From an uncultured Acidimicrobiia bacterium (GTDB taxonomy: Bacteria > Acidobacteriota > Terriglobia > Versatilivoradales > Versatilivoraceae), in the NCBI GenBank assembly GCA_963786955.1, contig CAWBAT010000003.1, forward strand, positions 1-64,000: a DNA stretch of 64,000 nucleotides. The letters are read 5' to 3'. A model generated the notes under the pieces. It was given only the letters and a program-made list of their open reading frames with translations, did not search any database and was not told where the DNA came from. Every line of letters starts with the position of its first letter. Position 1 is the stretch's first letter. Positions 54,095 to 64,000 of this stretch are shown here, in pieces. The translations under genes were made by a program, and so were the position numbers.

Positions 54095-55513
54095 ATGCTT
54101 CCTCGCTTTGAGCACTTAAAACGGATTCATCTGGTTGGGATTTGCGGCACCGCAATGGCTTCGCTTGCCGGAATGCTTCATGCCCGTGGATTCACGGTAA
54201 CCGGGTCCGACCAGAGCATCTATCCTCCTATGTCCGTATTTCTTGAAGGATTGGGAATCCCCTTGCTTCGAGGTTTTTCAGCAACAAATCTGGAGGCTGA
54301 ACCGGATATGGTTGTTATCGGGAACGCCATTTCGAGAGGAAACCCCGAATTAGAAGCAGTCTTGAACCGGAGACTCAATTACACTTCGATGCCGGAGGTG
54401 TTAAAAGAGCTCTTCATTCGCGGCAAAAGACCGATCGTAGTGGCCGGAACCCACGGAAAAACCACCACCACGTCGCTTTTGGCTTGGATCCTTGAGGTCG
54501 CGGGACTTCAGCCCGGCTTTCTCATTGGCGGTATCGCCGAAAACTTTGGTAGCAGCTTTAAGCTCGACCAGGGAGAGATTTTTGTTATTGAAGGGGATGA
54601 ATACGACACAGCTTTTTTTGACAAAGGCCCCAAGTTTTTGCATTACCTGCCAGAGACCGTGATCTTTAACAACTGTGAATTTGACCATGCGGATATCTAT
54701 CCGGATTTTGAGTCTGTTAAGACGAGCTTCCGTCGGCTGATCAACATCATTCCCTCAAATGGCAAACTGATCGCGGGATGGGACGATAGGGTGGTACGGG
54801 AATTGAGTCAAAAAGCATTCTGCCCGATCAAGTCCTTCGGCCTTTGTGAAGAGGCCCAGTGGCGAGCCGAGCAAATTGAAACTTTCGAAACCGTCACTCA
54901 TTTCACTCTCTGGAATGACCAGAGCTCTTTAGGGGTTATAAAGATCCCTATTGCGGGGAATTTCAATGTCAAGAATGTCCTGGCCGCTATAGTCTATGCT
55001 CAGGATATAGGCATTGACATGGAGACGATTCGGAGTGCACTTCGCAATTTCAAGAACGTGAAAAGACGGCTGGAAGTTCGAGGGATGGTGAACAATATCA
55101 CTCTTTTCGATGACTTCGCCCATCATCCCACGGCAATCCAAGAAACACTAACAGCAGTCAGTGCCCGCTTCCCGAAAAGACGAATCTGGGCAATCTTTGA
55201 ACCTAGGTCGGCTACGTCGCGACGAAACATATTCCAGGAAGCTTTCTCGGTATCCTTTGACGCTGCGGACCGGGTGGTCATTGCGTCGGCCTACGCTTCA
55301 GAAAAGCTCGAGCCATCCATGCGGCTTGATGTGGGACGTTTAGTTGCTGACCTGAATAAACGGGGCGTTCACGCGACAGAAGGGGCATGCGCAGACGAAA
55401 TTATCCGTCATGTTACCCCTCAATTGGAGAGCGGGGATTTGATTGTCGTGATGTCGAACGGTGGGTTTGACGGGATCCATGAAAAATTCTTGAAGACTTT
55501 GCAATCCATGTAA
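54095..55513 (+). CDS. mpl: Murein peptide ligase
   Basis: IHLVGICGTAMASLA, GTHGKTTT, EGDEYDTAFFDKGPKF, DDFAHHPTA, FEPRS, MSNGGFDG. Confidence 0.93.
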   Translation: MLPRFEHLKRIHLVGICGTAMASLAGMLHARGFTVTGSDQSIYPPMSVFLEGLGIPLLRGFSATNLEAEPDMVVIGNAISRGNPELEAVLNRRLNYTSMPEVLKELFIRGKRPIVVAGTHGKTTTTSLLAWILEVAGLQPGFLIGGIAENFGSSFKLDQGEIFVIEGDEYDTAFFDKGPKFLHYLPETVIFNNCEFDHADIYPDFESVKTSFRRLINIIPSNGKLIAGWDDRVVRELSQKAFCPIKSFGLCEEAQWRAEQIETFETVTHFTLWNDQSSLGVIKIPIAGNFNVKNVLAAIVYAQDIGIDMETIRSALRNFKNVKRRLEVRGMVNNITLFDDFAHHPTAIQETLTAVSARFPKRRIWAIFEPRSATSRRNIFQEAFSVSFDAADRVVIASAYASEKLEPSMRLDVGRLVADLNKRGVHATEGACADEIIRHVTPQLESGDLIVVMSNGGFDGIHEKFLKTLQSM

Positions 55514-55606
55514 GAGTCGTTTGTCATTCTATGTTATGTCATAGCTATTATTGGTTGCGCTGGATCCAAAATCTTCGAAGCACAGGGTGGTGGCCGAAGA
55601 AATCTC

Positions 55607-55975
55607 ATGAAGAAGAAAATCTTGATAGTGGATGACGATCCCGGTATCCAGACGATGCTGAAACTCATGCTGCGGCTCGAAGGTTACGATTCGGTAATTT
55701 GCGGAGATCCAGGAAGAATTTTCGAGTTGTTGAAGTCAGAGTCTCCGGATTTGGTGCTGCTTGATGCGATGATGCCGAGTGTGGATGGATTGACGGTATT
55801 ACGGCAGATCAAGGAAAGGAAACTCCAGCATACGCCGCCAATTATTCTCTTTACTGGAAAAGTAGATGAAAGATATATCCGGAGTGCACTGGAGGCTGGA
55901 GCGAGTGGTCACCTTACAAAGCCCTTCGTGAAGGAAGAATTGCTCGAAAGGCTGAATGAATTTCTGGCCAAATGA
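55607..55975 (+). CDS. Single-domain response regulator
   Basis: ILIVDDD, LLDAMMP, KPF. Confidence 0.9.
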   Translation: MKKKILIVDDDPGIQTMLKLMLRLEGYDSVICGDPGRIFELLKSESPDLVLLDAMMPSVDGLTVLRQIKERKLQHTPPIILFTGKVDERYIRSALEAGASGHLTKPFVKEELLERLNEFLAK

Positions 55976-56759
55976 TCCGTACCCTTATAGTTGTAGTCAT
56001 CGTTTTCGGATTTGCTTTTCTAGTTGGGTCAGCCTGTGCTCTGGTCGCTCTATTCCAAAGGCAACCGGACGTGCTTTATGATGCCGGCCGATTGATTATC
56101 CGGTTGGGGATGCGGCTGGCAGGAATCCGAATTGAGGTGAGAGGGAAAGAATGCGTTCAAGCCCGGTCAGAATTATATTTTTCTGGCCAACCACCAAAGC
56201 TATTGTGATCCGCCGGCATTGGTATTCGCCATTCCGCTGGACGCGCGGTTGATCCTTAAAAAAGAGCTGAGAAGACTGCCCATTATTGGATTTATCTTGC
56301 AGCTTGGAGGATTTGTTTTTATCGATCGGAAAGACCGGAGACAGGCAATAGAAGCCATGAAGCAGGCCGTCCGGCAGCTGATCAATAAGGAGTCGTTTCC
56401 TCATCTATCCGGAAGGGACCCGAACTCGTACCGGTAAAATGGGGCCCTTTAAAAAGGGACCTTTTACGCTGGCTATCGAATCTGAAGTTCCGGTCATGCC
56501 GATTAGCGTGAGCGGTAGCTATAGCGTTATGCCTCCACATCAGTTTAAGATTACTCCTGGAAGGATTACGATTTGCTTCCATCCACCCATTAGCACAATG
56601 GGAATGAGCCTTGGAGATCGTGAATCGCTAACCGATCGTGTCTGGAAGACCATTGCGTCAGGATTAACAGAATCCGAATTTGATGCTCAGGATCTGATGC
56701 CGAAGGTATGCCAAAGGATACTTAAAGGATCAAAATTTGAGGCCGAGAACCTAGATGCC
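55972..56759 (+). CDS. plsC: 1-acyl-sn-glycerol-3-phosphate acyltransferase (frameshifted; end approximate)
   Basis: Manual reading across frames gives NHQSYCD (HxxxxD), KKEL, FIDR, YPEGTR and PFKKG. Confidence 0.85.
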
Positions 56760-57179
56760 ATGACCCCGCCTAAGCCCATTACCACTGCACAACTCGCTTA
56801 CTCTTTGCTCTGTGATGATATCCGTCTGGAAGCAGGGAACAAGCTGAGTTTGATGGGGATTTTTCAAAATGTCTATTTTCAGTCGCTGCCCTCTACAATT
56901 TTGAAATTTGCTCTACTGAATCATTGGGTTGGCAATGGTGAGCACACCACTGAAATCAAAATTATTTCCCCTGATCGCAACCGGTTAGTCCTCCAGACGG
57001 CCCCGTCCACTTTTACACTTGAAACTGGCGGTTTTGCGGACAATGTGACTTTCTTTACCAACGTATAGTTTGCGGAAGAGGGTCCTCACATCATTCAGAT
57101 TTATCTCAATCAGATCATGATAAGGGAAGTGACTTTAAATGTTGTCCTGCCCGTGGCGCCGAATGCTACCGTAAATTGA
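56760..57179 (+). CDS. DUF6941-like hypothetical protein with in-frame TAG at 57066
   Basis: LLCDDIRLEAGNKLSLMGIF...FTNV*FAEEGPHIIQIYLN...VN*. Confidence 0.6.
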
Positions 57180-57248
57180 TGTCGTCTGGCCGTTGAATCC
57201 ATAGCCCTCCTCAGTCCCGCTCTCAATCCGTGAACGAAGGGAGTCTCC

Positions 57249-57276
57249 TTGACACCCCGCTTTGATCCGATATAAT
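57249..57276 (+). promoter_or_regulatory. Sigma70 promoter of sucCD
   Basis: TTGACA-16 bp-TATAAT with perfect hexamers, about 64 bp upstream of the sucC ATG. Confidence 0.75.
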
Positions 57277-57339
57277 GAGCCACCGTGCCCGGAGACCGGC
57301 ACAGTCTGGGTCTTCTATTTCTACGAATTCGGGGTCTTC

Positions 57340-58502
57340 ATGAAAATTCACGAATATCAGGCAAAATCAATTTTGAGCCGATTTGGGGTGCCCGTTCCTC
57401 GTGGTGAAGTTGCGAGTACTCCGGAAGAGGCTAGTGCGATTGCCAAGAAGCTGGGAGGGACGGTAGTTGTCAAGGCTCAGATTCATGCAGGAGGCCGTGG
57501 CAAAGGCGGGGGGTTAAGTTGGCTGGAACCCCTGCAGAGGCAGGAATCATTGCGAGCAAGATGCTAGGAATGAAGCTAGTGACCCACCAGACGGGACCTG
57601 AAGGGAAGAACCGTGAAACGGGTGCTAGTTGAGGAAGGGCTCAGAATTAAAAGTGAATACTATTTGGGTATTGTGATTGACCGTGCTTCGGGAAAACCTG
57701 TTTTCATGGCCAGCAAAGTCTGGGGGCATGGAGATCGAGAAAGTTGCTGAAGAAACTCCGGAGCTCATCTTGAAAGAGCCGATTGAACCTGGGATCGGAT
57801 TGACTTCGTTCCAAGCCCGCAAGCTTGCTTTTGGTTTAGAACTTCCAGGCCTCTGATTAACACAGCCTGCACTTTCATGCTGGCATTGTATCGGGCTTTT
57901 GAGGCATGTGACGCTTCGTTAGTTGAAATCAATCCGTTTCTATTAACGGAGAACAGTAAATTATACGCCTTGGATGCCAAGATGAACTTTGATGACAACG
58001 CGCTGTATCGTCATCCGGAGATTAAGGACTTGCGTGACCTGGACGAAGAAGACCCGCTGGAAATTGAAGCCAGCAGACATGGTCTCAATTACATTAAGTT
58101 GGACGGTACGGTGGGATGCATGGTCAATGGCGCAGGGCTGGCCATGGCCACAATGGATATTATTAAGCTGGCAGGAGGGTCTCCTGCCAATTTCCTGGAT
58201 GTTGGCGGTGGGGCGAGTGCCGAACAGGTGAAGAATGCTTTCTCCATTCTTCTTTCAGATCCCAACGTCAGGGCGGTGTTGATTAACATCTTTGGTGGAA
58301 TCATGCGTTGTGACATTGTCGCCCAGGGAGTGGTGGAAGCGGCCAGGCCATTCGACTCAAAGTGCCACTGGTCGTTCGATTAGAAGGGACGAATGTTGAG
58401 AAAGGGCAGGAGATCCTTAAAAATTCGGGTCTCAGCCTGACAGTCGGCCATGGAATGAAAGACGCAGCAGAGAAGGTTGTTGCACTGGCGAAGACTGCTT
58501 AA
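57340..58502 (+). CDS. sucC: Succinyl-CoA synthetase beta subunit (frameshifted)
   Basis: [53 protein letters not shown]. Confidence 0.95.
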
Positions 58503-58552
58503 GGTCCTTGTCAATTCGTAATTGACTATCACAGCTGTAAAGGAGTCTGGTA

Positions 58553-59426
58553 TTGAGCATCTTAGTGGACGAGAATACCCGTCTAATCGTTCAAGGGATC
58601 ACAGGTAGGGAAGGGACTTTTCATACACTGCAGTGTAAAGCATATGGAACGAATGTCGTTGGAGGGGTAACTCCTGGGAAAGGGAGGAACCATTCACGAG
58701 GGGATCCCTGTTTTCAATACCGTCGAGGAGGCCTGCCGAAAGACCGGTGCCAATGCTTCAGCCATTTTTGTGCCACCCCCTTTTGCCGCCGACGCCATAA
58801 TGGAGGCGTGCGATTCCGGAGTTGAATTGGTCGTGTGCATCACGGAAGGGATCCCAACCTTTGACATGATCAAGGCCACCGAGTATCTGTCAAAGCGTGT
58901 TACACGCCTAATCGGTCCGAATTGTCCCGGAATCATTTCCCCTGGTAAATGTAAGATTGGGATTATGCCCGGTGCGATTCATCGCGAAGGAGCTGTCGGA
59001 GTTATTTCTCGAAGTGGAACCTTAACCTATGAGGCTGTGGGGCAGCTTAGTACTCGCGGGATTGGCCAGTCCACCTGTATTGGAATTGGAGGGGACCCTA
59101 TCATCGGTACAAATTTTGTGGATGCGCTGAAATTGTTCTTTGAGGATCCAGGAACGGAAGCCATTGTGATGATCGGCGAAATTGGCGGGATGGCTGAGGA
59201 GCAAGCTGCAAATTATATCCAAAGCAAGGGGCAAAAACCGGTGGTTGGATTCATTGCTGGCCAGACAGCACCTTCCGGAAGGCGTATGGGGCATGCGGGA
59301 GCCATCATTAGTGGTGGAAAAGGAACGGCCGCGGACAAAATGAATGCCCTCCAAGCGGCAGGAATTCATGTCGTCAAAAGTCCTGCTGAAATAGGAGAAA
59401 CCGTGGCAGAATTACTGAAACATTGA
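58553..59426 (+). CDS. sucD: Succinyl-CoA synthetase alpha subunit (frameshift ~58690)
   Basis: [35 protein letters not shown]. Confidence 0.95.
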
Positions 59427-59498
59427 AGGAGAAACGGGAAGATTTGTCCAAGACAATCTTCCCTTATTGGGGAAATAAGAATCGGAGGGACAAATACT

Positions 59499-59918
59499 GT
59501 GAGTTTAGAACGGACATTGACCATCATTAAGCCCGACGGGGTCGAACAGGGTAATGTTGGCGACATTATTCAGATTCTTGAACATAATCGTTTCAAAATT
59601 AGAGGCGCCAAGATGCTTCATCTTTCTGAGACGGCGGCCGCAGGCTTTTATGCGGTTCATCGCAACAGAGGGTTCTTTAAGGATCTGGTACGCTACATGA
59701 GCTCCGGGCCTGTAATGGTGATGGTGCTTGAAGCTGAGAATGCCGTCGCAAGGCTTCGGGAATTGATGGGAGCAACAGACCCGGCAAAAGCTGCGGAAGG
59801 AACGATCCGGAAGCGCTTCGCCACCTCCATTGAAAAGAACGTTATCCATGGCTCTGATAGCGTGGAGAATTCGAGAAGCGAAACGAGCTATTTTTTCAAT
59901 GCCCTCGAACTTGGTTAG
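59499..59918 (+). CDS. ndk: Nucleoside diphosphate kinase
   Basis: ERTLTIIKPDG, SGPV, GTIR, NVIHGSDS. Confidence 0.97.
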   Translation: MSLERTLTIIKPDGVEQGNVGDIIQILEHNRFKIRGAKMLHLSETAAAGFYAVHRNRGFFKDLVRYMSSGPVMVMVLEAENAVARLRELMGATDPAKAAEGTIRKRFATSIEKNVIHGSDSVENSRSETSYFFNALELG

Positions 59919-59941
59919 TTGATCTTTCCGGGAGGGTTAGG

Positions 59942-60166
59942 ATGCTCCCTCAAATTGGGAAGCTCTTCATCGTCGCCGGTGCCATTTTTCTCCTCTTCGG
60001 ATTAATCTTGACCTTTGTTCCGCACTTGCCATTTCTGAGGCTGGGGAAGCTGCCGGGCGACATCATTATTAAACGGGACAACTTCAGTTTTTATTTCCCA
60101 CTCACTACATCCATTGTACTCAGTCTCCTTTTCACCCTGATCTTCGCACTCTTTTTCCGTCGGTAA
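59942..60166 (+). CDS. DUF2905 family membrane protein
   Basis: LGKLPGDI...FYFPLTTSIVLS. Confidence 0.88.
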   Translation: MLPQIGKLFIVAGAIFLLFGLILTFVPHLPFLRLGKLPGDIIIKRDNFSFYFPLTTSIVLSLLFTLIFALFFRR

Positions 60167-60171
60167 ACTTC

Positions 60172-61540
60172 ATGAACCTCTTTCCATCAGCCAAAGTCTT
60201 TACGGTTTCGGAGCTCACCGTTGAAGTCAAAGACCGTCTTGAGGGCGAATTTTCAGGGATTATGGTTGAGGGTGAAATATCGAACTTCATGGCAGCTGGG
60301 TCAGGACATCTTTATTTTGTTCTCAAGGACAAGTCCGCTCAGCTGAGATGTGTTTGTTTTCGTCACAAAGCTAGATTTTTCAAGTTGAAAGCTGAAGATG
60401 GACTTCAGGTCATCGCCTCCGGAAATCTAAGTGTTTATGAACCGCGCGGAGAGTATCAGCTCCAAGTGGATACTATGGAACCCAAAGGCCTAGGTTCCTT
60501 GCAACTCGCCTTCGAGCAACTTAAAGCGAGATTACAAGCTGAAGGATTATTCAATTCTGCTCGCAAGAGACCGATCCCGTTGCTGCCTCGATGTATTGGT
60601 ATTGTGACCTCTCCCACCGGAGCAGCAATCCATGACATCCTGAGGATATTGAAACGCAGGCACGAGAATGTCCGCGTGCTGATCTATCCGGCTAGAGTCC
60701 AGGGGGAAGGTGCAGCCACGGAAATTGCAGCGGGAGTTAATTACTTGAATACCCTTCCCGAAGTGGACGTCATGATCGTGGGACGCGGTGGCGGGTCTTT
60801 AGAAGATCTTTGGGCTTTTAATGAAGAGGTCGTAGCTCGTGCCATTGTGGCGTCACGAATCCCCGTAATTTCTGCTGTCGGCCACGAAGTGGATTATACG
60901 ATCGCGGACTTCGTGGCCGATCTGCGAGCGCCAACACCTTCGGCAGCTGCGGAAATTGTTATCTCCAAGAAAGCTGAATTGGCTGACCAGATTGCGAACC
61001 AAGAACGCAGGTTGAATCAGTCCTTGCATTTCCGTTTGAGCCTGCTTCGAAACAAAGTTCTGGGCCTTTCCTCGGAACGGGTCTTCGCTTCCGTCGAAAA
61101 CAAATTGGCATTTTATCGACAACGATTGGATGAGCTGTCGTTTCGAATGGGGATCGCAGGAACAGAAAAGCTTCATTTGCTGAGAGAAAAGATGCGCAAA
61201 TATTTGGATAGCCTTTCCCGCCTTGATCTCAGGCAATTCATTAAGACAAAAGAGCAGATGGTCATGCACCAGATGGAACGGGTTCAAGGAAAAGCCGAAT
61301 TGGGTTTGCAATTGTTGAGGGGGAAAGTGGGTGACCTTGGAAGTGTCTTTGCAGGCCCTCAATCCTTTGGCAGTCCTCGATCGGGGATACGCGGTTTGCC
61401 GGGACTCCCAAGGGAAAATCTTGAAGGACTCCCGGGGGGTAAGAGTCGGCGATCATTTTACGGTACGGCTGGCAAGAGGGGGAATTGAAGGAATAGCCGA
61501 AAAGATGATTCCCTCCGATGGAGAGGTGAAAAATGGCTAA
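60172..61540 (+). CDS. xseA: Exodeoxyribonuclease VII large subunit (frameshift ~61340)
   Basis: GEISNF, SGHLYF.LKD, TSPTGAA..D, RGGGSLEDLWAFNEE, GHEVD. Tail LNPLAVLDRGY. Confidence 0.96.
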
Positions 61541-61781
61541 AATTAAGGACTTTGAATCTGCGTTATTGCGTCTCGAAGAAATCGTGAAGAAGTTGGATAG
61601 TGGAGACCTTCCCCTAGCTTCTCTGTTAGAAGCCTACGAGGAGGGAATAACTCTCTCTCGTTATTGCCATGCTAAATTGGAAGAAGCAGAACGAAAGGTT
61701 GAGATACTCTCCAAACATTCGGATGGAACATTGAAACCGGAGCCATTCGAGGAGAAGAACACCGATGTCTTTGAGGAGTGA
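61533..61781 (+). CDS. xseB: Exodeoxyribonuclease VII small subunit
   Basis: FESAL.RLEEIV..L.SG.L.L...YEEG..L...C...L..AE. Confidence 0.95.
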   Translation: MAKIKDFESALLRLEEIVKKLDSGDLPLASLLEAYEEGITLSRYCHAKLEEAERKVEILSKHSDGTLKPEPFEEKNTDVFEE

Positions 61782-61966
61782 CGCGGAATGGAAAGGTCTT
61801 CAGCTTTGCGTGACGGGTTGAAGTTCAAGAAAAGGAACTCCCAAATCTCTGAACCAATCGGGCAAGGCTCGTCCCGAGCTTCGATTTTCTTACTTTTCTT
61901 TGAGCAATTGTCTAGAATGATTGCTGTAGTTGGCTGAAACTCGTCTTGAAAGGATTTTCATCAACC

Positions 61967-63939
61967 ATGGACGAAGAAAACATGAACTTTTCACTTCTCT
62001 CAAAGATCGATGGTCCCGCGGATGTTAAAAAGCTAGAACGGCAGCAGTTGGGCCAACTGGCCGACGAGTTGAGAAGTTTCATGATCCATACGATTTCAAA
62101 AACTGGTGGTCACCTGGCCTCCAGCCTCGGGACCGTCGAACTGACGGTGGCTTTGCACTACGTTTTTGATGCTCCGAAGGACAAACTGGTCTGGGACGTC
62201 GGACACCAGGCGTATGGCCATAAGATACTGACCGGGAGGCGCGACCAGTTTCACACGCTGCGACAGTATGAAGGGATCTCGGGCTTTCCACGCCGCGAAG
62301 AAAGTATTTACGACACCTTTAATGTTGCCCATGCATCCACATCCATATCGGCAGCACTAGGGATGGCAGTGGCTCGCGATTTGGCCGGAGAAGACTCGAA
62401 TGTCGTTGCGATCATTGGGGACGGCGGCTTGACCGGTGGCTTGGCATTGGAGGGAATTAATCAGGCCGGTCATCTGCAAAGGAAACTCCTCATCATTCTG
62501 AATGACAATGAGATGTCCATTTCGCCCAACGTCGGGGCCATGGCCGGCTATTTGAATCGAATCGTGACGGGACAGGTATACAACCGCTTCAAAAAAGAAG
62601 TTGAGTCCATGTTGCTCGCTGTCCCGCGGCTTGGTCCTCGGCTGGTGAAAATCGCCAAAGATATGGTGGATGCCATGAAAACCTTCATGGTCCCCGGATT
62701 ACTCTTTCATGAATTGGGTTTTGATTATGTCGGCCCCATCAATGGACATCATCTCGATACTCTGGTCGATACGCTTGCGAAAATTGAAAGAAAGCCTAAG
62801 CCCGACGATTCTTCATATCGTGACGAAAAAAGGGAAAGGGTGGACGGTAGCGGAATCGGCGCCCATCAAGTATCACGGTCCAACGGCCTATGATCCCCAG
62901 ACAGGCGTTTTTTATCCCACACCACCAGCCCCGCCTTCGTTTACCTCCGTCTTTGGGAAAACGATGATTGAGCTAGCGCAGCGAGATCCCAAAATTGTTG
63001 TTATAACCGCCGCAATGCTGGAAGGTACCGGCTTGGTCCAATTTAGCAAGGAATTTCCCGATCGATGCTTTGATGTCGGTATAGCCGAACAACATGCCGT
63101 GACATTCTCGGCGGGATTGGCAACCCAGGGTTATAAACCCATCGCCGCAATTTACTCTACTTTCCTCCAGCGAGCCTATGATCAGGTGATCCATGACGTC
63201 TGTTTGATGGATTTGCCCGTCACGTTTGCTATTGACCGGGCAGGAATTGTGGGCGCCGATGGCCCTACGCACAATGGCCTTTACGATGTCGCTTATTTGC
63301 GAGCGGTTCCCAATATGATCTTAATGGCGCCAAAAGATGAGAATGAACTCCGACACATGTTGTACACCGCCATTGAAACTCCTCACCCCACAGCCCTTCG
63401 CTACCCCCGAGGAAATGGCATTGGGGTTAAGATGGACGAAGAGTTCAGAATGATTGAAATTGGAAAAGGGGAGATCCTGCAAGATGGGAAGGACGGGGTT
63501 ATTCTCGCCTTGGGAACCTTGGTTTACCCCTGTTTGAAAGCCGCGGAAAAACTGGCGCTTGATGGGATCTCCGTTTCTGTTGTCAACGCCCGATTTGTCA
63601 AACCTTTGGATGAGGATTTGATCGTTTGTTTGGCAAATGAAAAATCCTTCCTCGTTACCGTGGAGGAGGCCGCTTTAATGGGTGGTTTTGGAAGCGCGGT
63701 CATGGAACTGCTGGAAGAAAAGAAGCTTGAAGGCAATAGGATTCTTCGGATCGGGGTTCCCGACAAGCTCATCCCTCATGGTAGCCCCAGCCTGCTCCAT
63801 GCCAAATATCGGGATTGATGCCGACGGTATTTATGAACAGATCCACCAATTCCTCCTCGAAAAATATTCTTCTCGGCCCAGTCGTTCCCGCCAAAGCAGC
63901 TCGAAAAAAGCTCACACCAGAGAAGGCCAGAACGGCTGA
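61967..63939 (+). CDS. dxs: 1-deoxy-D-xylulose-5-phosphate synthase (frameshifted)
   Basis: GGHLASSLG, WDVGHQAY.HK, GDGG..GG...NDN, GIAEQHAV, DRAG.VG.DG.TH, RYPRG. Confidence 0.97.
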
Positions 63940-63966
63940 CAACTTTCCAGTAGGCATTTCGCACTC

Positions 63967-64000
63967 ATGAAAGAGCGAATTGATAAGCTGCTGGTTGACC
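63967..64000 (+). CDS. tlyA: Probable TlyA rRNA methyltransferase, start only
   Basis: MKERIDKLLVD is an S4-like start, and dxs-tlyA is a common gene order. Only 11 codons are visible. Confidence 0.55.
   Translation, partial: MKERIDKLLVD

Noticed and set aside
57262-57339. N-terminal extension of SucC in the ORF track
   Set aside because: It overlaps the promoter. The conserved start MKIHEYQ begins at 57340.
1-64000. Stop-codon reassignment as the cause of broken genes
   Set aside because: Nearly all breaks change frame. TAG, TGA and TAA each terminate clearly intact genes (flp TAG, tadC TGA, cpaF TAA).
1-64000. CRISPR array, tRNA/rRNA, IS, integrase or prophage
   Set aside because: No regularly spaced repeats, T-loop/cloverleaf signatures or transposase, integrase or phage motifs were seen by eye. 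A tool scan could still find small RNAs.

Overview
Ordinary bacterial chromosome with no rRNA, tRNA, CRISPR array or mobile element that I could see. Gene content suggests Acidobacteriota or a similar lineage (inference). More than 20 genes, including housekeeping dxs, sucC, sucD and xseA, are split by small indels. This points to uncorrected long-read errors, so split genes are reported as single CDSs. 1-29.4 kb is an extended Tad/Flp (type IVc) pilus region. It has three GT87-like paralogues (one a remnant), a membrane spermidine-synthase-like SAM enzyme, another GT-C-like protein and a NarL-type two-component pair. These are followed by an Flp pilin missed by the ORF track (sigma54-like promoter, own terminator) and cpaA-B-C-E-F-tadB-tadC. 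The operon tail holds a 30-aa membrane peptide, DUF192, a TPR protein and a second AAA+ ATPase. A convergent block encodes a TPR-gluzincin, a 33-aa beta-repeat secreted protein, a second CpaE, a hidden PilZ protein, a coiled-coil protein and a membrane J-domain-wHTH protein. 29.6-47.7 kb holds an EF-G paralogue, a hybrid kinase with a sigma54 activator, a large MscS and a flippase/GT2/GT-C triad. It ends with a DUF4388(MshEN-like) protein, a PocR-GAF-GGEEF cyclase and an ATPase-pseudonuclease-RsbW-like protein. 47.8-64 kb is housekeeping. The best candidates for undescribed biology are (i) the Tad pilus with adjacent glycosylation/methylation genes and a second ATPase, and (ii) the c-di-GMP/ATPase signalling trio.
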